From Squalus acanthias (Eukaryota), in NCBI GenBank assembly GCA_030390025.1, contig CM059432.1:46936001-47000000 (forward strand): a stretch of 64,000 nucleotides of DNA, given 5' to 3'. Every line of letters starts with the position of its first letter. Position 1 is the stretch's first letter. The notes beneath the pieces were generated by a model, which made no database searches, was not told where the DNA came from, and saw only the letters and a list, made by a program, of their open reading frames with translations. Below, piece by piece: positions 39,901 to 51,807 of the stretch. Both the position numbers and the translations under genes were made by a program.

Positions 39901-40557
39901 GACCTTCTCCATAATTAATCTAAACCTTACAATACTATGATCACTATTCCCAAGATGCTCTCCAACTGTGACATTCTCCACTTGACCCACTTTATTCCCT
40001 AGGACTAGATCCAGCAATGCCTCCTTCCTCATTGGGCAGGAAACATACTGATCAAGAAAATTCTCCTGAACACACTTCAGAAATCCTTCCCCTTCTCTGC
40101 CTTTTGCACAATCATTGCCCCATTGAATATTAGGGTAGTTAAAGTCTCCCATTATCACTACTCTGTAGCTCATGCACCTCTCAGTAATTTCATTGCAAAT
40201 CTCCTTTATCTGCTCCTCTATCTCCTTCTGACTATTTGGTGGCCTATAAAATATACCAAGTAGTGTACTAGCTCTTCTATTGTTTCTCAGCTCCAACTAA
40301 ATAGATTCTGTCTTTGATCCCTCAAGGACATTCTCTCTTTCTAGCACTGTGATATTTTCCTTAATCAAAACTGCTACCCCTCATTTTTTTCCTTGCCTAT
40401 CTTTCCCGAATACCTTGTACTCAGGAATATTAAGCACCCATCCTCCCCTGTTTTGAGCCAAGTCTCAGTTACCGCCACTGCATCATATTCCCACGTGGCT
40501 ATTTGCGCCTGAAGCTCACCAACCTTATTAATTACACTTTGTGCATTTACACACATG

Positions 40558-41401
40558 GGGCTGGATTTTGTCAATGGGGACGTGATGGAGGCGGGACTCC
40601 CACTTTTTGGGTTGTAGTCCCGCCTCCATCGACTTGTGGCCAACCCATTGTATTTTCCCTTGATTGACCTTGTTAAGCCCGCCCAGCAGGCTTAGCAGGC
40701 CAATCAAGGGTCCCTTGGATACAGGTGACGTCAGCCATTGAAATTTCATCTGTCAAGAGCTTTTGACAGATGAAATTTCAGCGTTTGACAGCTCTGTGAA
40801 GCTGTCAAACACTGACAATATGATTTCTAACTTGAGTCTCTGGACTTAGACTCAGTTAGAAATCAATCCAGCACAGAAAGCAGAGACTGCAGCTTTTGAC
40901 AGCTCCGCAGCCATTCTGCTTTCTGTGCCGTGGATGTGAGGGATTCCCGACACCTTAAGGAAGCTAGCCTGCAGGACAAAGTTAAGGTAAGTACAAGTTC
41001 TTAAAACACTTTACACACACCAAACACACTTACCTCTGCACTCATGCACCCATCACTCACCTGCACACCGGACATCTCGGCCCCTCCAAGCCCTCCAGAC
41101 TGACGGTCCACCTCGCTAAATCGCCGTGGTTCGGGCCTGTCGGGAAGCCCACACTTCAGGGCTAAAAATAGGGATTAGGCAAAAAACTGCCTGTTAACTA
41201 CATGTTAACAGGCAGTTTATTGGCATTAATCCCCTTCCCGCCTCGGGGAGGTGGGTCCCAGCACAGGTCGGGTACCCGCCTCCTGGAAAACTTGCATGGA
41301 GGCATGTTGGGGGCGGGAGGGGTTTGGGACCCCCGAATCTGCTATTTTCACACCACTCCCGCCTCCAAACCCGCCTCCACGGGGCGGTGAAAATTGAGCC
41401 C
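40558..41401. mobile_element. Harbinger MITE
   Basis: TIRs GGGCTGGATTTT / AAAATTGAGCCC; ATG TSD; removal restores CR1 ESMCV. Confidence 0.9.
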
Positions 41402-41562
41402 ATGGACTCCAAACCTGACTTAGACCTCTTTGTATTTTCTATGATCCCATCTAATTCTTTATTATTTCTAACTCTAACTATCTCTCCCACTCCTCTGTGC
41501 ACCTTGTTTCTACTTTTACTACTATATCTTGGTGCCCAAGCCCCTGCTGAATTAATTTAAAC

Positions 41563-41895
41563 TGTTTCCCCTGGCTGGGGAGTCTAGAACACGGGGTCAC
41601 AGTCACAGAATAAGGGGTAGGCCATTTAGGATTGAGATGAGGAGAAATCTCTTCACTCAAAGGGTTGTGAATCTTTGGAATTGCCTACCCTAGAGAGCTG
41701 TGGATGCTCAGTCGTTGAGTATATTCAAGACAGAGTTCAATAAATTTTTGGGAACGAAGAGAATTAAGGGATATGGGGATAGTGTGGGAAGGTGGAGTTG
41801 AAGTAGAAGATCAGTCATGATCTTGTTGAATGGCGGAGCAGGCTCGAAGGGCCAAATGGCCTACTTCAGCTCCTATTTCTTATGTTCTTATGTTC
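41563..41895 (+). mobile_element. CR1 3' fragment inserted at the ORF1/ORF2 junction of another CR1
   Basis: TTAAAC TSD at 41557-41562 and 41896-41901; TTCTTATG tail. Confidence 0.9.
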
Positions 41896-42952
41896 TTAAA
41901 CCCACCCCCACAGCACTAGTTAACCTGCCCACAAGGATATTGGTCCCAGCTCTGTTCAGGTGCAACCCAGAAATCTTAAACAGGTCCCTTCTGCCACAGA
42001 ACTGGTCCCAATGTCCCAGGAATCTGAAACCCTCCCTCCTGTGCCATGCCACTAGCCACACATTAACCTGCCATATTTCTACTCTCACTAGCACATGGCA
42101 CTGGGAGTAATCCAGAGATTACCACCTTTGAGTTGTTCAGAAGCTATGTTCCTGTTTCTACCACAGTCCTTCCCCAACATGAACAACAATAACTTGCACC
42201 ATTACATAATCCAGATAAAAGAACATCTCAGAGCATGGTACAAGAGTAAGAGGGTGCTGACTAGCAGATGATGGGAAAGATTAAAGGCACTATGAGGTTT
42301 TTAAGAGGCTTTTCCAGGAGAGTGATGGGTAGGTAAAGTGGTTTTAGAAGAGAATGGGAAAGAACAGGGCATTTTGACTGAAAGATCGCTTAGTGGAGTG
42401 GTAGGGGAAAGTAGGGAACAACAACATTCCAGAGTTGGAGGTATCCAACATGCAGACTGGGAGATAAAGCTGGAGAATATCTCCACTTGGGAGAAGGCCC
42501 GTACTGGCTATTAATTAAGTTATTAAATTATTGGCCTGAGAAGTCAGCCTGTACCTAGAAAAAATAGTAAACAAAGACTTCCAAAGCCTCTGGAGGTAGC
42601 CTATCAGGTTTGTCTTTAGCAGAGTTCTGTTTTCAGAGGCCCTAGAAGCGTACCTGGGCAAACTAATTTATGTTACAAGTCCTATCTCCAAACTGCTTTA
42701 ATTTATTATGTTTATATTACTGCACTACTTCCGATGCATAGTTGATCCAAATCCACATTTATGACTTTCATTTTCTGGCTGCAGTCTTTACCTGATGTCA
42801 GGGGAGCTGGGTCTGTCAAGGCCTGCAATTAACAAACCAAATTTCTGACCTGTAAGGCAGACTGAGGGCTCAAGATCAGAAAAAAACTGGCAGCCAACTG
42901 GTATCCAGCACTGCCAACACCATCTAGTTATATTTGCCTCCAGTGACACTTT

Positions 42953-43690
42953 GGGCTGGATTTTGTCATTGGGAAGCTTTTGGAGGCGGGACTCCCACTT
43001 GTCGGGTTTTAGTCCCGCCTCCATCGACTTGTGGCCAACCCGGTTGCAGGTGACATCAGCGAGTGACGCTTCATCTGTCAAGAGCTTTTGTCAGATGAAT
43101 TGTCAGAGTTTGAGAGCTCTGTGAATCTGTCAAACACTGGCAATCTGTCCTCTAAGTTCAGTCCTGTCACTCAGGCTGAGTTAGAGAGCTCTCCTGAGCA
43201 GAAAGCAGAAGGCTGCAGCTTTTGACAGTTCAGCGGCCATTCTGCTTTCTGTGCCGATGAGCTGAGGGACTCCGAGACCTGAAGGGAGGAAGCCTGCAGG
43301 AAGAAGTAAAGGTAAGTAAAACTTATTAAAACATTTTAAACACACCTCACACACTTACCTCTGCACACATGCACCCATCACTCACCTGCACACCGGACAT
43401 CTCGGCCCCTCTGACCCCCGCAGACCCACGGCTCGCCTCACTGACCCTGACGAGGTTTGAAGCCGTCGGGAAGCCCACACTTCAGGGCTGAAAATAGGGA
43501 TTAGCCAAAAAACTGCCTGTTAACTACCTGTTAACAGGCAGTTAATTGGTACTAATCTCGGGTACCCGCCTCCTGGGAAGGTGGCACAGAGGCGGGTTGG
43601 GGGGTGGGATGGGTATCCGCCCCAGATTCTGCCATTTTCCTGGCAGTCCTGCCTCCAAACCCGCCTCCCCAGGCTGGCAAAATTCCCCCC
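42953..43690. mobile_element. Harbinger MITE (same family as 40558)
   Basis: TIRs GGGCTGGATTTT / AAAATTCCCCCC; TTT TSD. Confidence 0.9.
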
Positions 43691-44336
43691 TTTGCCTCTA
43701 AGCCCCACTGGAGCTTGTGAGTCAGTGCTGCAGCATAACTGAGATGGAAGCATGTGCCACAGTCATCTTAGGAAAGTATTAACTGCCAGCCACAAAAGGG
43801 AAAATGTTGCCAGAGGTAAAGTTAAATATTTGCCACCAGTAGCATTTTTCATCGGGTCTTCTTTTATTCTGACCATGTGCAGACTGGGTTCTTAGTCCAT
43901 TCATACAAGTCAAGCTGTTAACTTTGCTGGACTTTTTTCCAACACTGGGGAAGGTCTAGGCCAGTGTGATGAAGTCACAAATACAGCTTTACAGTAACTG
44001 CACGTGCATTAGATCACAAATGTGCCTGTGCTTATGTGACTTTTTTGCAACTGCATACATTTAAAAAAAAAATATTCATTCAAAGGATGTGGGCATCACT
44101 GTCAAGACCAACATTTATTGCCCATCCAAAGTTGCCCTATTTTACCAAAAACACTCTGTATCATAATTCCTCAAAAACATTCCTTTGGTAACCCTCAGGG
44201 CAATATTGATGCACTGTAGTCCTCTAAAGCAGTTAATTATGGCTCCACAGTGCTGATGCGCTAAATGTTTGGAAAATTTACAGTTCTAATATTCATATTT
44301 GAAAGTATATAATTATATGTTTTAACTTATATGATC

Positions 44337-47300
44337 GCTTTAAACTAACTAGTGGGGGGGAGGTTCCTAGAGAGCAAATAATAAAAATGACAACAGAGAA
44401 GGTCATAGACTTAGGTAGCAGTGGGGAAATTAAAAACCAGAGTGTGTCAGGAAGGGGCAGAAGGTACGGAGTAAAAGGTAAAGGAATAAAAAGGGCAAAA
44501 GCAGGAACTAAGTGTCACAAAACATATTTGAAAGTTCTCTATCTGAATGCACGTAGCATTCGTAACAAAATAGATGAGTTAATGGCACAAATAACTACAT
44601 ATGGGTATGATCTTGTGGCCATTACAGAAACATGGCTGCAGGGTGACAATGCCTGGGAATTAAACATACCAGGTTATTTAACGATCAGGAAGGAAGGGGA
44701 GGTGGGGTGGCTATGTTAATAAAGGAAGGAATCACTGTAATACAGAGAAATGATATTGGGTCAAAAGATCAGGATAATGAAACAGTTTGGGTGGAGATAA
44801 GGAATAATAAGGGGAAAAAAACACTAGTGGGCGCAGTCTATAGGCCTCCGAACAGTTGCAACTCTGTTGGACGGAGTATCAATCAGGAAATAGTTGAGGC
44901 TTGTAATAAGGGAACATCTATAATTATGGGGGATTTTAACTATCATATTAATTGGACAAATCAAATTGGGCAGGGCTGCCTTGAGGATGAGTTCATTGAG
45001 TGTATTAGGGATGGGTTTCTTGAGCAGTATGTAACTGAACTGACCAGGGGGCAAGCAACCTTAGATCTGGTCCTGTGTAATGAGACAGGATTAATTAAAA
45101 ATGTCCTAGTAAAGGATCCCCTTGGAATGAGTGACCATAACATGGTTGAATTCCATATTCAATTAGAGGGTGAGAAGGTTGGATCTCAAACAAGTGTGCT
45201 AAGCTTGAATAAAGGAGACTATGAAGGTAGGCAAGCGGAATTGAGTAGAGTGGATTGGGAAAATAGATTAAAGGGTAAGACGATACATGATCAGTGGTGT
45301 ACATTTAAGGAGTTATTTTACAACTTCCAAAAAATATATATTCCACTGAGAAAAAAAGGGTGTAAAAGAAAAGACAGTCATCCGTGGCTAAGTAAAGAAA
45401 TTAAGGATAGTATTCGACTAAAAACAAGGTCCTTTTAGGTAGCCAAATCTAGTGGGAGGATAGAGGATTGGGAAAACTTTAAAAGACAGCAAAAAATAAC
45501 AAAAAGATTGATTAAGAAAGGGAAGATAGATTATGAAAGTAAATTAGCAAAAAATATAAAAACAGATAGTAAGAGTTTTTATAGTTATATAAAAAGAAAA
45601 AGGGTGGCTAAAGTAAATGTTGGTCCCTTAGAGGATGAGACCGGGAAATTAATGGTGGGAAATATGGAGATGGCAAATACACTGAATGAATATTTTGTAT
45701 CAGTCTTTACAGTAGAGGACACTAAGAATATCCCAACACTGGACAAACAGGGGGCTATAGGGGGGGAGGAGCTAAACACGATCAAAATCACTAAGGAAGT
45801 GGTACTCGGTAAAATAATGGGACTCAAGGCGGATAAATCACCTGGACCTGATGGCTTACATCCTAGGATCTTGAGGGAAGTGGCGGTAGGGATTGTGGAT
45901 GCATTGGTAATAATTTTCCAAAGCTCCCTGGACTCAGCAAAGATCCCGGCAGACTGGAAAACTGCTAATGTAACACCCTTATTTAAAAAGGGCAGTAGAC
46001 AGAAGGCTGGAAACTATAGACCGGTTAGCCTAACATCTGTGGTAGGTAAAATTTTGGAGTCCATTATTAAGGAGACAGTAACGGGACATTTGGATAATCA
46101 TAATTTAATAGGACAAAGTCAGCATGGTTTTATGAAGGGGAAGTCATGTTTGACAAATTTGCTGGAGTTCTTTTGAGGAAGTAACATACAGGGTGGATAA
46201 AGGGGAACCAGTGGATGTGGTGTATTTAGACTTCCAAAAGGCATTTGACAAGGTGCCACACAAAAGATTATTGCTTAAGATAAAAAATCACGGGATTGGG
46301 GGTAATATTCTGGCATGGATAGAGGATTGGCTATCTAACAGAAGGCAGAGAGTTGGGATAAATGGTTCATTCTCAGACTGGCAATCAGTAACTAGTGGTG
46401 TTCCGCAGGGGTCAGTGCTGGGTCCCCAACTCTTTACAATCTATATTAACGATTTGGAGGAGGGGACCGAGTGTAACATATCAAAGTTTGCAGATGATAC
46501 TAAGATGGGAGGGAAAGTAGTGAGTGAGGAGGACATAAAAAATCTGCAAGGGGACTTAGACAGGCTAAGTAAGTGGGCAGAGATTTGGCAGATGAAATAC
46601 AATACTGGAAAGTGTGAGGTTATGCACTTTGGCCGGAAAAATAGTAGAGCAAGTTATTATCTTAATGGCAAGAAAGTGGAAAGTACTGAAGTACAAAGGG
46701 ATCTGGGGGTCTTGGTGCACGAAACTCAAAAGGTTAGTATGCAGGTGCAGCAAGTGATTAAGAAGGCCAATGGGATGTTGGCTTTCATTGCTAGGGGGAT
46801 AGAATATAAAAATAGGGAGGTATTGCTTCAGTTGTACAAGGTATTGGTGAGACCGCACCTGGAATACTGCATACAGTTTTGGTATCCATACTTAAGAAAA
46901 GACATACTTGATCTTGAGTCAGTACAAAGAAGGTTCACTCGGTTAATCCCGGGGATGAGGGGATGGACATATGAGGAGAGGTTGGGTAGATTGGGACTCT
47001 ACTCATTGGAGTTCAGAAGAATGAGAGGCAATCTTATTGAAACATATAAGATTGTGAAGGGGTTGGATCGGGTGGATGCGGGGAGGATGTTCCCAATGAT
47101 GGGTGAAACTAGAACTAGGGGGCATAGTCGGGTGAAACTAGAACTAGGGGGCATAGTCTTAGAATAAGGGGCTGCTCTTTCAAAACTGAGATGAGAAGGA
47201 ACTAATTCACTCAGAGGGTGGTAGGTCCATGGAATATGCTGCCCCAAAAAGCTGTAGAAGCTACATCATTACATAAATTTAAAACAGAAATAGACAGTTT

Positions 47301-47588
47301 CCTAGAAGTAAAGGGAATTAAGGGTTACCGGGAGCGGGCAGGAATTTGGACATGAGTCTAGGTTCGGATCGGTCATGGCCCTGTGGGTAGCGTAGCGGGC
47401 CCAGGGGCCGTGTAGCCTGATCCTGCTCCTATTTTGTGTGTCCAATTCTGTTAGGTTCAGGAGATGGTTCTGTGATAGTAGATTGGCGGTTAGGATCAGA
47501 TCAGCCATGATCTTATTGAATGGCGGAGCAGGCTCGAGGGGCCAATTGGCCTACTCCTGCTCCTATTTCTTATGTTCTTAAGTTCTTA
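44337..47588 (+). mobile_element. CR1 LINE with near-complete but disrupted ORF2, starting at the ORF1 stop
   Basis: YLNARSI through FADD in four ORF pieces; begins GCT TTA AAC TAA; TTCTTATG tail. Confidence 0.94.
44339..44345 (+). other. Candidate -1 frameshift slippery heptamer T_TTA_AAC
   Basis: Followed by TAA in the 0 frame; -1 frame is open into ORF2 (in frame with 44387). Confidence 0.6.
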
Positions 47589-47712
47589 TTAACTGAAACA
47601 AATTAGTTTTAAAGAATTCAATTCTGAAATACTTTTATTAAGTTATACCATAATAATGATTCGCAAATACGTGGGTACATTTGCTTTAACGCAGAAAATA
47701 ACATTTTTACAG

Positions 47713-47866
47713 CAGCAACTTCCCAGCCTCCTCCTTCTTGGAAAAGAACTGAAGAACCAAAGTCCCAGGCAGCAAATGAAGCTTTCCCTGAACAGTCATT
47801 TCAGGGGTCTGAATCAAGCATACAAATAGAAGCAGCATCAAATGAAGAAGAAGAAGCTGGATTTAA
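47713..47866 (+). CDS. Host gene exon (ATSQPPPSWKRTEEPKSQ...EEEEAGF)
   Basis: TTTTTACAG acceptor (NAGNAG), GTAAGT donor, 154 nt, phase 1-2, in frame with exon 31406. Confidence 0.78.
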
Positions 47867-48440
47867 GTAAGTCGGACTCAGCTAACACAAATTAACACCT
47901 TGATATGCACAAGTGTTCAAGTTGCCATTAAATTTCTTATTCTTTAAAATTTTTAATAAAGTGCATAGTTAGGCCATATAAAGCTAAAATGATACATTGA
48001 TATTCCTCACCTTGATCACAAAGATTAAAAAAAATAAACACTTTTGATATGTTAATAGAAGGAACAACTTTGCTCTGTTTCATAACAAATTAAACATAGG
48101 TTAAGGATCTATTAGAAAATAAATAATATTTTGACCGTGAAGAAATGTTTCAGGTTGTTATCACTTACATTGAACACTCAAAGCTCCCTTGTGTCCTTGA
48201 GCATAAGATTTAAGGATTGTCTGGGTCAGGTAAATCAGTTGAATGTAAACTTAGATGTGGATTCTGATTTCCATTTTCTACATGCTCAGATTTGAGTTTC
48301 TTTGCAATGTAATAGATTTTATTGGTAACTTTAAGTGCTATCTGTCACAACAGCTGTCTCTGCACTTATATGGAACAGATTGAGTGGTGGATGAAAATGC
48401 AAATAATTTCAACTGGGAAATTCAGAAAAGTCCTAATACG

Positions 48441-51307
48441 GGTACGGTAGCATAGTGGTTATGTTACTGGACAAGTAATCCAGAGGCCTGGACTAATAAT
48501 CTGGAGACATGAGTTCAAATTCCACCACAGCAGCTGTGAGATTTGAATTCAGTTAATTAAATAAATCTGGAATAAAAAACTAATATCAGTAATTGTTGTA
48601 AAAACCCATCTGGTTCACGAATGTCCTTTAGGGAAGCAAATCTGGTCTGTCTTATATATGACTCCAGACCCACAGCAATGTGGTTGACTCTTAACTGCCC
48701 TCTGAAATGGCCTAGCAAGCCACTCAGTTGTAACAAACCGCTACAAAAAACAATAAAACCGGACAGACCACCCACCGCATCGACCTAGGCACCGGCTGCA
48801 GACACAACAAAGGCACACCCAGCCCAGTCGACCCTGCAAAGTCCTCCTCACTAATATCTTGTGTCAAAATTGGGAGAGCTGTCCCAGAGACTAGTTAAGC
48901 AACAGCCTGACATATTCATAGTCATACTCACAGAATCATACCTTTCAGCCAATGCAACACAGGACTACATGCATGCTAAACAGTGGAAGCAGCATGCTAT
49001 AGACAGAGCTGAGCGATCCCACAACCAACGGATCAGATCAAAGCTCTGCAGTCCTGCCACATCCAGTCGTGAATGGTGGGGGACCATTAAACAACTAACG
49101 GGAGGAGGCGGCTCCATGAACATCCCCATCCTCAATGATGGCAGAGCCCAGCATGTGAGTGCAAAAGAAAAGGCTGAAGCGTTTGCAACCATCTTCAGCC
49201 ATAAGTGCCGAGTTGATGGTCCATCTCGGCCTCCTCCTGAGGTCCCCACCATCACAGAAGCCACGTGATATCAAGAAATGGCTGAGCGCAATGGATACAG
49301 CAAAGGTTATGGGCCCTGACAATATCCTGGCTGTCGTGCTGAAGACTAGCCGTGCCTCTAGCCAAGCTGTACCAGTACAGCTACAACACTGGCATCTATC
49401 CGACAATGTGAAAAACTGTCCAGGTATGTCCTGTCCACAAAAATCAGGATAAATCCAATCCAGCCAATTACTGTCCCATCAGTCTACACTCAATCATCAG
49501 CAAAGTGATGGAAGGTGTTGTCGACAGTGCTGTCAAGCGGCACTTACTTACAAATAACTTGCTCACAGATAAAGAAAAAAAGAAAGACTTACATTTATAT
49601 AGCGCCTTTCACAACCACCGGACATCTCAAAGCGCTTTACAGCCAATGAAGTACTTTTTTGAAGTGTAATCACTGTTGTAATGTGGGAAACGTGGCAGCC
49701 AATTTGCGCACAGCAAGCTCCCAATAAAGCAATGTGATAATGACCAGATAATCTGTTTTTAGTGATGTTGATTGAGGGTTAAATATTGGCCAGGACACCG
49801 GGGATAACTCCCCTGCTCTTCTTCGAAATAGTGCCATGGGATCTTTTACGTCCACTTGAGAGAGCAGACAGGGCCTCGGTTTAACGTCTCATCCGAAAGA
49901 CGGCACCTCCGACATTGCAGCACTCCCTCAGCACTGCACTGGAGTGTCAGCCTAGCTTTATGTGCTCAAGGCCCTGGAGTGGCACTTGAACCCACAACCT
50001 TCTGACTCAGAGGCAAGTGTGCTACCCACTGAGCCACAGCTGACACTGACGCTCAATTTGGGTTCTGCTAGGACCACTCAGCTCCAGACCTCATTACAGC
50101 CTTGGTCCAAACATTGACAAAAGAACTGAATTCCAGAGGTGAAGTGAGAGCGACTGCCCTTGACATCAAGACAGCATTTGACCGATTGTGGCATCAAGGA
50201 GCCCTAGTAAAATTGAGGTCAATGGGAATCAAGGTGAAAACTCTCCACTGGCTGGAGTCATACCTAGCACAAAGGAAGATGGTTGTCGTTGTTGGCGGCC
50301 AATCATCTCAGCCCCAGGACATTGCTGCAGGAGTTCCTCAGGGCAGTGTCCTAGGCCCAACCATCCTCAGCTGCTTCATCAATGACCTTCCCTCCATCAT
50401 AAGGTCAGAAGTGGGGGTGTTCGCTGATGGTTGCACAGTGTTCAGTGCCATTCGCAACTCCTCAGATAATGAAGCTCCCACATGCAGCAAGACCTGGACA
50501 GCATTGAGGCTTGGGCTGATAAGTGGAAAGTAACATTCACGCCACACAAGTGCCAGGCAATGACTATCTCCAACAAGAGAGGGTCTAACCACCGTCCCTT
50601 GATATTTAACGGCATTACCATCGCCGAATCCCCCAGCATCAACATCCTGGGGGGGTCACCATTGACCAGAAACTTAACTGGACCAGCCACATAAATACTG
50701 TGGCAACAAGAGCAGGTCAGAGGCTGGGTATTCTGCGACGAGTGTCTCACCTCCTGAATCCCCAAAGCCTTTCCGCCATCTACAAGGCACAAGTCAGGAG
50801 TGTGATGGAATACTCTCCACTTTCCTGGGTGAGTGCAGCTCCAGCAACACTCAAGAAGCTCGACACCATCCAGGACAAAGCAGCCCACTTGATTGGCACC
50901 CCATCCACCAGCTTAAACATTAACTCCCTCCACCAGTGGCGCACCATGGCTGCAGTGTGCACCATCTACAAGATGCACTGCAGCAACTCGCCAAGGCTTC
51001 TTCGACAGCACCTCCCAAACCCACAACCTCTACTATCTAGAAGGACAAGGGCAGCAGGTGCATGGCAATACCATCACCAGCATGTTCCCCTTCAAGTAAC
51101 ACACCATCCTGACTTGGAAATATATCACCATTCCTTCATCAAAATCCTGGAACTCCCTCCCTAACAGCACTATGGGAGTACCTTCACCATGTGGACTGCA
51201 GTGGTTCAAGAAGGCAGCTCACCTCCACCTTCTCAAGGGCAATTAGGGATGGGCAATAAATGCTGGCCTTGCCAGCGACACCCACATTCCAGCAACGAAA
51301 AAAAAAG
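48441..51307 (+). mobile_element. LINE family B with tRNA-like 5' head, internally deleted
   Basis: A box 48448-48458, B box 48511-48522, EN start KVLLTNI..KLGELSQRLVKQQPDI..LTESYL at about 48840, RT motifs, poly-A. Confidence 0.88.
49571..50046 (-). mobile_element. Deu-domain tRNA SINE nested in the LINE
   Basis: Reverse-complement match to 17203-17665. Confidence 0.88.
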
Positions 51308-51807
51308 ATTTACGGTGGCTTGATTAGATTCAAAAATGTCTTCAGAGCACCAGTTACATTTCCCTTTACATGGATAAGTGAACTGAACACACTATCATTG
51401 AGTATCTAGGCTGTGTGCAATCAAAAAGAGAGGATTTTGTTTTGGCCTGATTGTACTACACCATGGCATAAACTATCCTCCAAATAATAGGTCCTATATA
51501 ATTGTTTGCTGTGCGCTGATTTAATCTTAGTGCCATCTACGGCCTACATCCTAGGGTTCTAAAATAGGTGGCTGAAGAGATAGTGGATGCATTGGTTTTG
51601 ATCTTCCAAAATTCCCTAGATTCTAGAATGGTCCCAGCGGATTGGAAGGTCGCAAATGTAACACTGCTATTCAAGAAAGGAGGGAGAGAAAAACAGGGAT
51701 CTACAGGCCAGTTAGCCTGACATCAGTTGTCGGAAAAATGCTGGAATCCATTGTTAAGGAAGTGGTATCAGGGCGCTTAGAAAATCATAACATGATTAGG
51801 CAGAGTC

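Larger units (their letters stand above)
39901..42135 (-). mobile_element. CR1 5' part: ORF1 SGNH-esterase C-terminus and ORF2 endonuclease
   Basis: GFRFLGHWDQF...GLHLNRAG (ORF1); CVNAQS, VTETWL, GDFN, SDH (ORF2); two nested insertions. Confidence 0.88.
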
